Positions 23,735 to 38,306 of a stretch of 64,000 nucleotides of DNA are shown piece after piece. The DNA is from Azolla caroliniana (taxonomy: Eukaryota; Plantae; Polypodiophyta). Location: NCBI GenBank assembly GCA_043228905.1, contig JBHGNT010000008.1, positions 20,274,001 to 20,338,000 on the forward strand. Direction: 5' to 3'. Positions within the stretch are counted from its first letter, which is position 1. Every line of letters starts with the position of its first letter. A program made the position numbers and the translations under genes. The notes under the pieces are model-generated. The model was not told the DNA's origin. It ran no database searches and was given only the letters and a program-made list of their open reading frames with translations.

Positions 23735-25272
23735 CATAGAGTTTGCTCTATGTTTCATCATGAACATTCCGCCACGATCAGAGTTGTGCACATACATTCC
23801 GCCACGATCTTCATAGTCGGAGTTGTGCCCGTACATTTCGCCATGGTCAGGGTTGTGTGCATACATTCCGCCACGATCTTCGTAGTCGGAGTTGTGTGCG
23901 TAATTCGTGAGTTGTCGGCTTGTGGAAGCCAATTCACGCATCTTCTTTCGGCACTCTTCTTCGTGGTGGCCGAGCTTTCCGCAATATCCACATTCGGTTG
24001 CGTTTTGACGGCTCGGGCCGGAGTGGAAGCTCTCCCTTCTTGCAAAGGTTCCTTGTTGGCCTCCGTTTTGCGGCCGAAATTGGGAGTTGTTGTCGTAGGT
24101 CGGGCCTCGTCCGCGTTGTCCTTGGCCGAATCGGCCTCTCGCTCGTCCGCGTCCTCTTCCTCCATTAGAGTGCATTAGAGCATGTGGCCTTCCGACTCAT
24201 TGCTCCTTGCACGCACGTGGTTTTCTTCGACCAATAGCATTGATTGGAGCTCGAAGAAGGAGGGAGATTTCTCTTGTGCTAGAACGGCGGTTTGCATCAC
24301 GCCGAACTGTGGTGCGAGGCTGCCGAGGCATATTTGCACCATTTCATCATCATCTATACTTACGCCTATTGAGCCGAGCGAGTCGCAAAGCTCCTTGATC
24401 TTCAAGGTGTATGTCGTGATGGACATGTCCCTTTGTTGAATGTTGTTCAACTCTTGGCGGAGTTCAAGCTTCCTTCAGCGTCTTGGCTTCTCGAATGTAA
24501 CCGAGCATGTGGTCGTGAACACATGTCGCCAAAAAATACATCACGCGGCTTGTGGCTTGCTCCCATGTCGCGTATCCGGGAGCCGCTTCGGCGGGTCGGA
24601 CTTCATGCGCTCCTTTGATGTAGCTCCAATAGCCTTGTCCGACAAGGTATTGGTGCATCTTGTACTCCCAAGATCCGAAGTTGTTTCGATCCAACTTCTC
24701 GGTAGGGAGAGCGCTCCCCATTTGAGTATTCATTATGTCGATTCTTCTTCTTCTTCTTCTCTCTTTGAATGCGAGCTATGTAGCGAAGCTAAAATAGCTA
24801 TGAGCCGGTTCTTGGTCGTTGGCGTAGAGCACAACACACGATCACGATGAGGCGAATGGGCTAGATCGAGCTACCAAATCGCTCTGATACCATGTAAAAA
24901 ATCAAGAGATGGATTCTTGTGAAGCAGAATAGGTGTGAACTGTGTGTGTGTGTGTGAGATAGAGAGAGAGAGAGAGACACAGACTATACGCAAGGTTAAA
25001 AGTATATTGACAAAGGAGAAAGACTCAACATTATACAAGGTGGGAGGAGGGTGTTTTATGTAGTCACCCTCTCTCTTCATTAACTACAAGCCTCATGGAG
25101 CATGGGGAATGTGAAAGCTCATAAGTTATGTGTCATAGAATATGATTCTATGACTCATACTAAATGCTAGAATACAAAGTGGTGACATAATGGTGACTCT
25201 TGACCGTTGGAGTGTCTTTTCACTCTCAAGGTGAGTTCACACACTAGACCAAGTTGAGCTTGATTCTCAACA

Positions 25273-28200
25273 TTTTGATTCTAAGCTCGGTTGTGGTGGA
25301 GCGTTGTTCATAGGAGTGTGTACTTCCTGTCAAGTGGTATTAGAGCGAAACAACACAGAAAATGGACGATTCATTGGGAGGCATGTTCAAGCTCACCGGA
25401 TCCAACTATTCGGTGTGGAAGTTGAAGATGAGGGACATGCTCGTGGTTAAAGATCTTTGGTTGCTGGTTCAGTTTGGGGACAAGAGACCAGACAAAATCG
25501 ACGCCACGATATGGGAGGTGATGCACATGAAGACAACGGCATACATACGGTGCTTCATCGACATGAGCCTATACAACAACTTCAATGAAGAGAGCAAGGC
25601 TCATGAGCTCTGGGAGAAGATCGGCATTATGTTTCAAAACAAAAATGTTGTTAATCAGGTTTCGGTATTCCGGAAGCTAGTAAGACTCTGGTACCAAGAT
25701 GGCTCCAGCATGGCGGAGCACATGAATGCCTTCCAAGGGCTGATCCACCAGGCAACATCATTGGAAGTACCTCTCGCCGATGTGGTACTAGCACCACTTC
25801 TGCTTGGTTCCCTCCTAGATAGTTGGGAGACGTTGGTTGTCACCTTGGGCAACGCCGGGCCGGAAGGGAAATGGTTATCCCTAGCAAGAGTGAAGTTGAG
25901 CTTGCTAGATGAGGAGGCGCATCGGAAAGATAAGGATACGAGCTCCGAATCCAACGCGCTCCTTACCGAATCGGAACGTGGAAGACAAAGAAACCGTAGT
26001 CCCCAGAACCGGGAAAAGTCGGGGACACGGTCAAAGTGAAGGAGGAGGCCTACTTGCTTATATTGCGGCAAGCCGGGACACTTCCAGAAGAACTGTTGGC
26101 ATTTCCGGAAAGACAAGGAAACTGACAGTATGGATTCGAAGCGGACACCGGACCAGAACGGTAAAGACCGGAGGGGAACGGACCGGAAGGGAACGACGGC
26201 AATCGCGGCAAGTGAAGAAGAGTTGATGCTCATCACCGTGGAGAGTGAGATAAACCTTGTTGATGCTCACGCAGGATCGCGGTACTTGGTGATGTTCATA
26301 GATGACCACAGTCGGAAGCTGTGGGCCACACCGTTAAGACGAAGGATCAGGTGTTATCCTTCTTCAAAGAGCTCCATGCGAGAGTGGAAAGAGAAACCGG
26401 CCGGAAGCTGAAGGCGGTTCGAGCAGATAACGGAGGTGAATACCGGGGGCAGTTCGAGGAGTACTGTCGCTTGAGGGGAATCCGGCTCGAGTTTACTGTG
26501 CCGAAGACGCCGTAACTAAACGGGCTGGCCGAGAGGATGAACCGGACCATAATGGAGAGGGTCCAGAGTATGCTGGCGCATGCATAACTACCCAAGAAGT
26601 TTTGGGCTCAGGCCCTGTCGATGGCGACATATGTGATAAATAGATCACCCTCAATACCCTTGGATGGAGACACTCCACAAAGAGTATGGGCCGGTAAGGA
26701 AGTATCCTACCGGCATCTGAAGGTATTCGGGTGTCTTGCGTATGTGCATGTAGTTAAGGACTGGAGAGGAAAACTAGATCCGAAGACCCGGCCATGCATA
26801 TTCCTCGGTTACGGGACCTGGTCGAAAAGAAGGTATCCCGGAGTCGAGATATTATCTTCATGGAGGACAAGACGCTCGCCGACTGGGAGTCGGAGAAGAA
26901 GATAATGAACTCCGAGTCAACCGGTAAGGATCGATTCTACGAGGAGCAGACCCAATCGGCAAGAGACCGGTTAGCACTCGAGGAACCAGCCGGTTACGGT
27001 GAGGATACCAAACCGACAATAGAAGAAGTAGAGGAAGCTGAAACCGGAACCGGCCAAGACCCCGAATCGGATTCGGATGAAGAGCAAATGGAGGAGCCGG
27101 TTACCGAAGGCCAAAGACAGAGATATCCTCTAAGAGAGAGAAAGACCCCCGGAGATTTCCAGATGCAGAGCATGTGCTGCTGACCGATGAGGGAGAGCCA
27201 GAAAGCTTCGAAGAAGCGAAGGATGACACCCACAACCACAAATGGTTAAGTGCCATGAAAGATGAGGTGGATTCCCTGCATGAGAACCATACGTATGAAT
27301 TAGTGGAGTTGCCAAAAGGAAAGCGGGCACTCCAAAATAAGTGGGTGTACAAGTTGAAACCAGGAGATGCCGGCAACCCCCCAAGATACAAAGCCAGGAT
27401 CGTGGTGAAGGGGTTCCAGCAGAAGAAGGGCGTGGACTTCGACGAGATATTTGCCCTGGTAGTAAAGGTGACCTCCATCCGGACGGTGCTGAGTATAGCG
27501 GCAAGCATGGACCTCGAGGTAGAGCAATGGACGTGAAGACGACATTCCTTCACGGTGACCTCGAAGAGGAGATCTACATGCAGCAACCGGAAGGATTCGT
27601 GGAGAAGGGGAAGGAGCACCTGGTATGCCGGTTGAAGAAGAGCCTGTACGAACTGAAGCACACTCCACGACAATGGTATAGGAAGTTCGACTCCTTCATG
27701 AACGATCAAGGGTACCACAAGACGCAGGCCGATCACTGCGTGTTTGTGAAGAAGTTTGAAGGCGGCGACTTCCTAATACTCCTATACGTGGACGACATGT
27801 TGATCGTCAGACGAGACCAAGCCAAAATACGGATGCTGAAGAAGGCTCTCAACCGAACGTTCGCGATGAAAGACTTGGGTCCGGCAAGACAGATGTTGGG
27901 GATGCATATCATCCGGAACTGGCCAACGAAGCAACTGTGGCTGTCACAGGAGAAATACGTGACAAAGGTGCTTCAGCGGTTCAACATGTTAGAAGCGAAA
28001 TCGGTCGAATCGACACTCCCGGAAAACTGCAGATTACCCGGTAAGCAAAGCCCGAAGAAGAAAGCAGAGAAGGCTGATATGATGAAGGTTCCATATGCCT
28101 CTGCCGTCGGGAGCTTAATGTACGTAATGGTGTGTACCCGATAGAATATAGGATACGCAGTCGGAGTGGTGAGCTGGTTTATGAGCAATCTCGGCAAGGA

Positions 28201-29611
28201 GCACTGGAACGCAGTCAAATGGATACTCCGGTACTTGAAGGGCACTTCGACTCCGGAAAACCTCAACTTGACGGTTTTACCGATTCGGACATGTCGGCTG
28301 ATGTGGATACCAACTAGTCTACATCCAGGTATGTAATGACATATGCAGGAGTAGCTGTTTCATGGCAGTCGAGGCTACAGAAGACGGTTGCGTTGTCAAC
28401 CACGGAGGTGGAGTACATGGCGGTTGTGGAAGCCGGCAAGGAAATATTATGGATGAAGGACTTCATCGAAGAGCTCGGTATCCGGCAAGATGAATACCGG
28501 CTCTATTGCGATAGTCAAAGTGCCATCCACCTTGCTAAGAATGCAACCTACCATTCCTTGACGAAGCATATCCAGCGAAGGTATCACTGGATCCGGGAAA
28601 GAGTAGATGACTACGAGTTCGCGCTGACGAAGATTCACACGGCCGAGAGCGGGTCAGATATGCTGACCAAAGTACTGGTACCCGACAAGCTGGATGCATG
28701 TCGGAAGCAGATCGGACTAGTAAGACATCCCATGCCGGAGTGAAGGGGGAGTTTGTTAGGAAACATGTCCCTCCGGATGGGAAGTGAGAAGAATAGTAAG
28801 GATGAGCAAACTCGGCCGAGGCTGATAAGCCGAGGCCGAAACCGGATGTGGTGTACCCGGCAAGCGCCGGATGACAAGTACCCGACAACGGAAGACCCGG
28901 TGAGAGCCGGATGACGAGTACCCAGCAAGCGCCGAATGACAAGTACCCAGCAACAAAAGACCCGGTGAGAACCGGATGACGAGTACCCGGCAAGAGCCGG
29001 ATGGTGAAGACCCGATGAGAACTAGATGTGGAGTACCCGGCAACGGAAGACCGGGTGAGAACCGGATGACATGTGCCCGGCAAGCGCCGGATGATGCAGG
29101 CCTGATGAGGAGTGCTCACTAGATGAATGATGCAGGCCCGATGAGGAGTGCTCACCGGATGAAGGGACATATTCGCAAATATGTTTCTGAGAGTCCATCG
29201 GGGCTATATTTGTAAATATCCAGAAAGTCATATTAGTATAAATATGACTTAGGGCAAACTTAATGTTATGTTGTTGTCATTCTTGTTGGTGCAAGAAGAC
29301 AGAGCGTGTATCAGTGTACAGAGAGAGAGAGAGAGAAAGAGGTCGTTGCCTCTGTTGTAATCGCCGCATGTGGCAAAGATCGTGAGCACGAGGTCGTTGC
29401 CTCCGTGAGCTCACTATTGTAATCATTGTGATATAGTGATAGTTTGGAGTCTGTGGACTCCCGTGGTTTTTCCCTCTCAGGGTTTTCCACGTTAAACATC
29501 TTGTGTACTCTTCTCTCCTTTGTGTCATGCATTCATTCCCCGTTTTCTGTGTTTTGATTCTAAGCTCGGTTGTGGCGGAGCGTTGTTCATAGGAGCGTGT
29601 AGTTCCTGTCA
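25273..29611 (+). mobile_element. Ty1/copia element E (A-related), decayed and internally deleted
   Basis: 5' LTR remnant at 25273-25332. PBS at 25335-25346. gag from 25362. RT in 27341-28144. RH in 28336-28743. PPT at 28742-28753. 3' LTR at 28754-29611 with CCGGATGACGAGTACCCGG-type repeats. Inserted in the protease region of F. Confidence 0.88.
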
Positions 29612-32600
29612 AGAGAATGGTTCCGAGAGCTTCGAGAGCCGAATCGACCTGTCTATGTCAACACCAGAGACGATACTACTCATCCAATTCGGCACATTGG
29701 CAATGTTTCATTTGGCAAAGAAGGTAACCAAACTTACATTAAGATTTTCTAGCATGTACCGACCACCACAAAGAATTTGGTCTCCGTGGGCCAAATTGTT
29801 GAGCAAGGGATGCAAGTTCGATTTAACCATAACGGTTGCTTCATCAAAAAAGTGGGTCGACTCATCACTTGCGGTCAAAGGGAAGGTCAAATGTTCATTC
29901 TCGATTTGCACAAGATGAAATTGGCCATGTTTGCAAAAGGCAACAAAGCCGACACATACATATAGTTGTGGCACAAGAGGACTAGCCACATCAATATCAA
30001 TGAACTCAAGGCAATGCAATCGAAATGAGTCGTCATTGGGCTCTCTATCTTCAAAGAGAAGGAGATTGAAGGCATATGTGTAGCCTACCAATTCGGCAAG
30101 CAACACTAGCACCTGTTCCCGAAAGAGAGGAATGTGAGCAAAGGCATACTCGATGTAATTCATTCCAATGTATGTGGACTAGCTCAAATGGCTACATTCG
30201 GCAGATGCCAATATTATGTGGTCTTTATCGATGACTTCTCGAGGCACACCTAGATCTACCCCATGCGGTAAAAGAGTAAAGTGTTCAGACACTTCCAAAT
30301 ATTCAAAAGCGAAGTCGAAAAGATAACCAGCCATCATGTATGATGTCTTCGGACGGACGAAGGAAAATAGTACTTCTCCGACGAATTTTTGGGTTTTTGC
30401 CGAAAAGAAGGAATTTGGTGAGAGTTTTTGTGTCGACATACACTGCAACAAAATGGAGTAGCTGAATGCAAAAATCAACAAATCCTCAAAGTAGCACGGG
30501 CCATGATGAACGAAATGAATATGCCCAAGTCATATTGGGCCGAAGCAAGAAATATTGTTGTCTACCTCGTGAACCGGTGCACAACATCCGATGTACACGA
30601 GGTTACCCAACACAAAAAGTACTATAGGAAGAAGCCCGAACTATCCGATGTAAGGATATTCGGTTCACTTGCATATGTGCACACTCCCGACAAAAAGCGA
30701 CATAAGCTCAATCCTAAGTTGAAGAAGTGTATCCTTGTAGGATACTCACTGGAGCAAATGGGGTACAAGTGTTATGACCCCTCTACTCAAAAGGTTTGTG
30801 TAAGTCGAGACATCACCTTTGACGAATTGGCATCATGGTACGAACCCGAGTCGACTCCTTCCCAACCATTTACGAATGACCTCGACAACATAGAAGACGA
30901 AGATCAACTGAGGCATATGTTCGACGACCAAAGCACGTCTCGGCCAAGTCTGAAGATGGACAAAGGCAAGGCCAAATTGCTGCAATATGAAGACAATCAA
31001 TTTGACAGCAACAAATTGACTCACTCACTCGAAAGTGAGTTCGGTGGCTTTGACGTGCTTTTTATGAGATCACCTAGAGTTAAGAAAGCACTCACATCGG
31101 AAAATGAGGAACTTCGTCGCTCCACTCGTGAGAAGAATCTAGTTAGCCGATTCGGCTACAATGACTATATGGCATATCACTATGCCTTTATGATGAAGGT
31201 GGCGATAGTTCGTGAACCAAAAAAAGTTTATGAGGCAGCCAAGCATCCATGATGGGTCGAAGCAATGAACGAGGAGATGGAAGCACTATGCAAAAATAAG
31301 AAATGGGATCTCATCCCCAACTCACCGCACAAGAAGGCAATCGGTTGTAGATGGATTTACAATGTGAAGTATAATGTCGACGGCTCCGTAAACCACCACA
31401 AAGCTCGACTTGTAGCAAAAAGATACGCACAAACACATGGAGTCGACTATGAAGAAACCTTTGCCCTAGTGGGAAAGATGAAGACTCTACGGACCATGAT
31501 TGCACTTGTTGCAGCGAAAGGGTGGCACCTCCATCAGATGGACATCAAGAAAGCCTTTCTTCAAGGTGAATTAGAATAGGAGGTGTACATGGTACAACCA
31601 CCCGGCTTCGAATCCAACATTCATCTAGAAGTCGTCTGCCGACTCAAGAAGCCTCTCTATGGCCTTAAGCAAGCACCACATGCTTGGCATTCAAAGATAA
31701 CACAATATCTTCATTGAATCAGCTTCTGAATGTCAATATCTAACAACTCCCTCTACATAAGAAACAATTCGGGAAGTCGATTGTCATCATTCTATATGTG
31801 GATGATTTGGTCATTGGAGGTGAAAAGCTAATCAACATCAACAAGGTCAAGAATCTCCTCTTCGGAAAATTCAAGATGACGAACATGAAGGAGCTCCATT
31901 ACTTCCTTGGCATCGAGGTAATTCGGACTCCAGCTTGGACTATGATCTCCCAAGGACAATACATCCTTAACTTGTTATACAAGTTCAGGATGACTAAGTG
32001 TAAATCGGTTGCAACCCCTCTCAATCGAAATCTCAAACTTCATGCCAACTACGGCACAGAAGAGTGCGAGCTCAATCAATATCGACAACTGATCGGGAGC
32101 CTCATCTATCTCATGATCACTCGACTCGAGCTTAGCTATTTGGTTGGTCTCCTCAACTAAATCATGCAAAAACCACAAGATATTCACTTGAGTTGCGCTA
32201 AGTCAGTATTACAATATGTGAGCAACACAATGGATTGTGATATTCTCAACGAATCGGCCACACCAATTTGACTCAAAGGGTACACAGATGCCGATTGGGC
32301 CGACTACAAAGCCGATCGACGATCGACCTCCGGATTTGTTTTCTCCATTGACAACAGAGTGATTTCATGGAGTAGTAAAAAGAAGTCGTATGGCTCAAGA
32401 GGATTTTGAAGAATCTGGGCGTTCCCATCAAAGATCTGACTCCCCTCTACTGCGACAATATGAGCAGTATTTTTCTAGCTCGGAACCCAGTATTCCACGT
32501 ACGCATTAAGGATACCGAAGTGCACTATCACTTCATTCAAGAGCGCATTCAGGTAGAAGATGTCGACCTTCAACACATCATCACACATCTTTAGATGGCC

Positions 32601-33261
32601 GACATATTCACCAAAGCCTTAGGAGCCGACGAGGTTCGGCACTTAATGTCAGACCTTGGATTGATGATCCTAACTTGCCAAGCTTGAGGGGGAGTACAAG
32701 AGAGAACTAGATATCATCTGAACCAGGTACCAACCGAAGAGGACACCGGATATTGTCTGAACCAGATACTAGTTGAGGCGGACATCAACCAAAAGGAACC
32801 GGCCTGAGTTGAGCTTGAGGGGGCATGTTGAGAATCAAGCTCGACCTAGCATTGTGTGTGAACACACCATTCGAGAATATATGACCACTCAAAGGTCAAA
32901 ATTCACACCACTACTCTCTACACATTAACTATATATCATAGAATCATATTCTATGACACATAACTAATGAGTTTCATATTCTCCATAACTAATGAGTCTC
33001 CACATTCCCCAAGAGAGAGGGGTTGTTGTAGTGGAGTTAATAAAGAGAGATGGTGACCTTATATAAAGCACCCTCCTCCTACTTCATAAGGTGTCGGTTG
33101 TCCTCCCTTGTAATGCTACATTTTGTAATTGATATTCTCCTTGTTAATATACAATCTTCTTCTTGAGTACTTCATATTTCTCGTCTCTTCTCTTTTTACT
33201 CTCATGCATACACATAACACACATCTCTTCCCCTGCACAGAATCATACTCGATTCTTTACA
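29612..33261 (+). mobile_element. Ty1/copia element F (D family), 3' part, heavily decayed; outermost member of the nest
   Basis: PR/INT/RT/RH fragments with many stops. PPT GAGGGGGCA at 32817-32825. LTR at 32826-33261 (TGTTGAGAATC..CTTTACA). Confidence 0.85.
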
Positions 33262-34146
33262 AAAGTCAATAAGTTCAAACTCTGTACACCTGAGAAAATA
33301 AGGCTAATAAATTCAAACACTATGACATACTTGTGCATTGTAACATTATAAAATCATTGATTTTTAAAGAAAGAAAAACAAAGGTAATAATTCATACACC
33401 GTAAAACACTTGCAAAAACAATGCTAACTCTTTATGAGGTCTAAAGTGTATGGATTGAGAGCATTGACCAGATGTGTAGTATTTATATATATGTGCCAAC
33501 TTTAGAGATTCATTACACCGAACAATCATAAAAATATTTTATCTTTCTATGGAAGACCAAGCATGAGAGTAACAAAGATATATTATGGCTTCTCAATCCT
33601 AATCTTAGAACACATGATTTATTGTAGAGATCATTTAGAAATTAAAAACCCTTCCTATAACACGCTTTATATCTAAGTTTTGTTCTATTGATATTCAAAT
33701 ATGATAATGAACCTTCTTTTATGAAAACTTTACATCAAGTCAAAGCAAAACTTTTATATTACTATAATAGTATATACAAATTGCAAACAATGCACGCAAT
33801 TGTGAAGTAATTAATATGAATACATTTTGAATGCCTCCAAGAAGCTTGTTAAATATGGTATTTTAAATGTGATTGAATTATCTTATTCACCAAGAGGTTC
33901 GAATGCCATAACTTTGATTTATGTTACATGTATGTATATGTTATCTTAGTTCAAACTAAAGAGTATGGATCAAATTTATGAGTGTATATGTAGCTTTCAA
34001 GATTGGAACTACAAAAAGAAGTTAAGTTAATCCCATGTTATTAAACTTGAATCTACATCTACCACACTAAAGGATGTAAACTTGTTTGTTAAATTCGTAC
34101 AATCTTCAAAAGTATTAATACATCCTTCATTTTTCTAGTTTAAACA

Positions 34147-37100
34147 TGTTGAAAAATCAAGCTCACCATAGTGCAATGTGTGAACACACCTTTTGAGAAT
34201 CTGTGAATACTCAAAGGTCAAGAGTCACACCACTACTCTCTACACATTAACTTACATATTCCCCATGACTATGAGTCTTCACATTCCCAAGAGAGAGAGT
34301 GGTTGTTGTAAAGTTAATGAAGAGCGAGGGTGACTCTATATAAAGCACCATCCTCATACTTCATACTAAGTCGGTTGTGACTCCTTGTAATGCTACAATT
34401 TTGTATATCCATTCTACTTGTGAAATATACATCTTCTTCTTCTTGAGTATTCCTTTTTCTATCCATCTTGTGTTCTCTCATCTCTCCTCTAATTCCTCTC
34501 ACACATACACATAACACATATCTCTTCTGCTACACAAGAATCATACCCGATTCTTTACATAATATCAGAGCGATTTGGTAGCTCGATCTAGCCCACTCGC
34601 CTCACCGTGATCGAGTGTTGTGCTCTACGCCAACGTTCAAGAAGAACCGGTTCATCGCTATCGTAATACCACTACATAGCTCGTGTTCGAGAGAGAAGGA
34701 AAAGAAGAAAGGAAGCTTAATCGACAATGAATACTCAAATGGGGAGCGCTCTTCCTAGCGAGAAGATGGACTGAAACAACTTCGCATCTTAGGAGTACAA
34801 GATGCACCAATACCTTGTTGGGCAAGGCTATTGGGGTTACATCAAGGGAGCACAAGAAAACTGACCCAACCTGGAAGACACCGACTATGCAACGTGGGAG
34901 CAAGTGGCAAGCCGAGTGATGTGTTGCTTGGCAACATGTGTTCACGACCACATGCTCGGGTACATTCGAGAAGCCGAGACACCAAAGGAAGCGTGGGAGA
35001 ATCTATGAAAGATTTTCATTGCCAACACTACCATGAGAAAGCTTCAACTCCGCCAAGAGTTGAACAACATTCAACAAAGGGATATGTCCATCACAAGCTA
35101 CACCTTGAAGATCAAGAACCTTTGTGATGCACTCGGCTCGATAAGTGTTAATATGGAGGATGACAAAATGGTGCAAATATGCCTCGGTGGCCTTGCACCA
35201 CGGTTCAGTGCAATGCGGACCGTTGTACTAGCACGGGAGAATCCGCCCTCCTTCAATCTTTAATCCATGTTGTTGGTCGAAGAGAATCATATTCAAACAA
35301 GGAGCAACGCCTCGGAAGGCCACATGCTCTACACGCATTCAGACGGATGAAGAGGACGCGGTCGTGCAAGAAGAGGCCAATTCGGGCAAGGACAAGGCGG
35401 ACGAGGCCCAACTTACGAAAACAACTCGCAATTTCGGCATCAAGATGGAAGCCATTGAGGAACTTTCGGAAGAAGGGGGAGTTTCTATTCCGGTCCGAAC
35501 CGACAAAGCTCGGTCAAATGCGGATATTGCGGAAAAATCAGTCACCACAAAGAAGAACGTCGTAAGAAGATACGTGAGTCGGCTTCCACTAGCCGACAAC
35601 TCACCAAGTACGCCATCAACTCCGACTATGACGATCGCGGCGGAATGTTCGTGATGAGCCATAGAGTGAATTCTATGTCGGCCTCTACTTCTACTAGTGC
35701 CTCCGGTTCGGAAGATGTATGGTTCGTCGATTCCGGTGCCTCAAACCATATGACGTCGTATCAAGAATGATTCTGAGAACTTCAAGAGCCGGACCGACCG
35801 GAGTATGTCGAAACCGGAGACGACACTACGCACCCAATTCGGCACATCGGCAATGTTCCGTTCGGAAAAGAAGGTAAGCAAAAATTATATTAAAAATGTC
35901 TTGCATGTACCAACTATCACGAAGAATTTGGTCTCCGTTGGCCAAATTGTAGAGTAAGGAATGCAAGTACGATTTAATCAAGGTAGTTGCTTCATCAGAA
36001 AAGTGGGCCGACTCATCACTCGCGGACGAAGAGAGCGTTGAATGTTCATTCTCGACTCACACGAGATGAAATCGGCCATGTTCGCAAAGGGCATGAAAGC
36101 CGATTCCGACATAGGGTTATGGCACAAGCAGATTGGCTATATCAACCTCCAAAAGCTCAAGGCAATGCAATCTAAAGGAGTCGTCATCGGGCTCCCGACA
36201 TTCACGGAGAAAGAGATTGAAGGCGTGTGTGCCGCTTGCCAATTCGGCAAGCAACATCGGCACCCATTTCCGAAGGAACGGAACGTGAGCAAAGGCGTAC
36301 TCGATGTAATTCATTCCGATGTATGGGGTCCGGCTCAGACAACGACATTCGGCGGATGCCGATACTACGTGACCTTCATCGACAACTTCTCTAGGCACAC
36401 TTGGAACTACCCGATGCAGCAAAAGAGCGACGTGTTCAGACACTTCCAAAAATTCAAGAATGAAGTCAAGAAATCCATGGGCCGACATGTACGATGTCTT
36501 CGGTCGGATGGAGGTAAGGAATATTTCTTAGATGAGTTTACGGCGTATCTACGGAAAGAAGGAATTCGGCGAGAGTTTTCGTGTCGACATACGCCACAAC
36601 AAAACAGAGTGGCGGAACGAAAGAATTGGCACATCCTCGAAGTAGCATGGGCCATGATGAACGAAATGCAGGTGCCGAAGTCGTACTGGGCAGAAGTGGC
36701 GGCAGAAGCGGCTAACACGGTTGTATAACTCATGAATCGGTGTACGACATCGGGTGTGCATGAACTTACTCCACATGAGAAGTTTTTCGGAAAGAAGTTG
36801 GACCTATCACATGTTCGGATATTCGGCTCCATTGCGTATGTGCAAATCCCCGATGAGAAGTGATAGAAGCTTGACCCGATGTCGAACAAATGTATCCTCG
36901 TAGGATACTCACTGGAGCCAAAAGGGTACAATTGCTACAACCCCTCAACTCGAAAATCTCAAGTAAGTCGAGATGTCGTTTTCGACGAGTTCGCATCTTG
37001 GTACACACTAAAGACAACTTCGACTCCAATTCCTCTCGAATCCACCGAACTAGAGATAGAGGATGAAGATCGCCTTACACGCATGTTCAAAGAATGTCCG

Positions 37101-38306
37101 ATCATGACCCAACTGAGCGGACCACAAGAGCCTCTAAGCGATCAAAGCACATCGCGACCGAGTCTGAAGCTAGACAAAGAGAAGGCCAAAATGCCGGAGT
37201 ATGAAGATCATCATTTCGATGACATCTAGTCGACTCACTCCCTCGATAGTGAGTTCGAAGGCCTTGACATCCGGAAAAATGGAGTGCAGAAAGCCTTAGA
37301 ATCCGCAAATGAGACGCTCCGCAGATCCACCCGTGAAAAGAACCCCGTAAGCCGATTCGGCTATGATGAGTACATGGCGTACCATTACGCATTTATGATG
37401 AAGGTGGCAATAGTACGGGAGCCAGAAAACTTTTCCGAAGCCGCGAAGGACCCACGATGGATCGAAGCAATGAACGAGGAGATGCGTGCACTACGCAAGA
37501 ACAACACATGGGATCTCATTCCCCACTCACCGCATAGGAAGGCGATCAGATGTAGATGGATCTACAAGGTGAAGTATTATGCCGACGGCTGCATCAACCC
37601 CTACAAAGCTCGACTCGTAGCGAAAGGATACGCTTAGACGCATGGAGTCGACTATGAAGAGACATTTTCCCCCGTGGCAAAGATGACGACGGTGCAGACC
37701 GTAATTGCACTCGTAGCGGTGAAAGGGTGGCACCTCCACTAGATGGACGTCAAGAACGCTTTCCTCCAAGGCGAATTAGAAAAGGAGGTGTAAATGGTAC
37801 AACCTCCCGGCTTCAAATCGTGCAGTCATCCAAAAAACGTATGCCAACTCAAAAAGCCTCTCTACGGCCTTAAGCAAGCATCGCGTGCTTGGCATTCGAA
37901 GGTTACGCAATATCTTCATCAAATCGGCTTTCGAATGTAGAAATCCGACAACTCCCTCTATGTACGACACGACTCTAGAAGCCTAATTGTCATCATCCTA
38001 TATGTGGATGATCTGGTCATTGGACGTGAAAGTCTGGTCGACATCAACAAGGTCAAGTCCCTCCTCTCCAGCAAATTCGAGATGACGGACATGAAGGAGC
38101 TCCATTACTTCCTTGGCATCGAAGTAATTCGGATTCCGACCGGCATTTTGATCTCTCAACGACACTACATCCTCAACTTGTTATACAAGTTCAGGATGAC
38201 TGAGTGCAAATCAGTCACTACGCCTCTTGATCAAAACCTCAAACTATATGCTAACTCTGGCACAGACGAGTGCGAGACAACCCAATATCGTCAATTGATC
38301 AGGAGC
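34147..38306 (+). mobile_element. Ty1/copia element G (D family), from 5' LTR to mid-RT, decayed
   Basis: LTR at 34147-34559. Mutated PBS at 34560-34571. gag from 34728. INT in 36042-36728. RT to 38306, where the LTR of H begins. Confidence 0.85.

Larger units (their letters stand above)
12985..25272 (-). mobile_element. Ty1/copia element D (5' part), interrupted by the Sola-like transposon and by gypsy C
   Basis: 5' LTR at 24893-25272. PBS at 24881-24892. gag MNTQMGSALPTEKLDRNNF from 24733. CCHC in 23579-24175. Protease WFVDSGASNHM near 14700. INT at 13144-14200. Inserted in the 5' LTR of E. Confidence 0.9.

Noticed and set aside
33262-34146. AT-rich spacer as a host gene or element
   Set aside because: I could not identify any ORF, termini or motifs.
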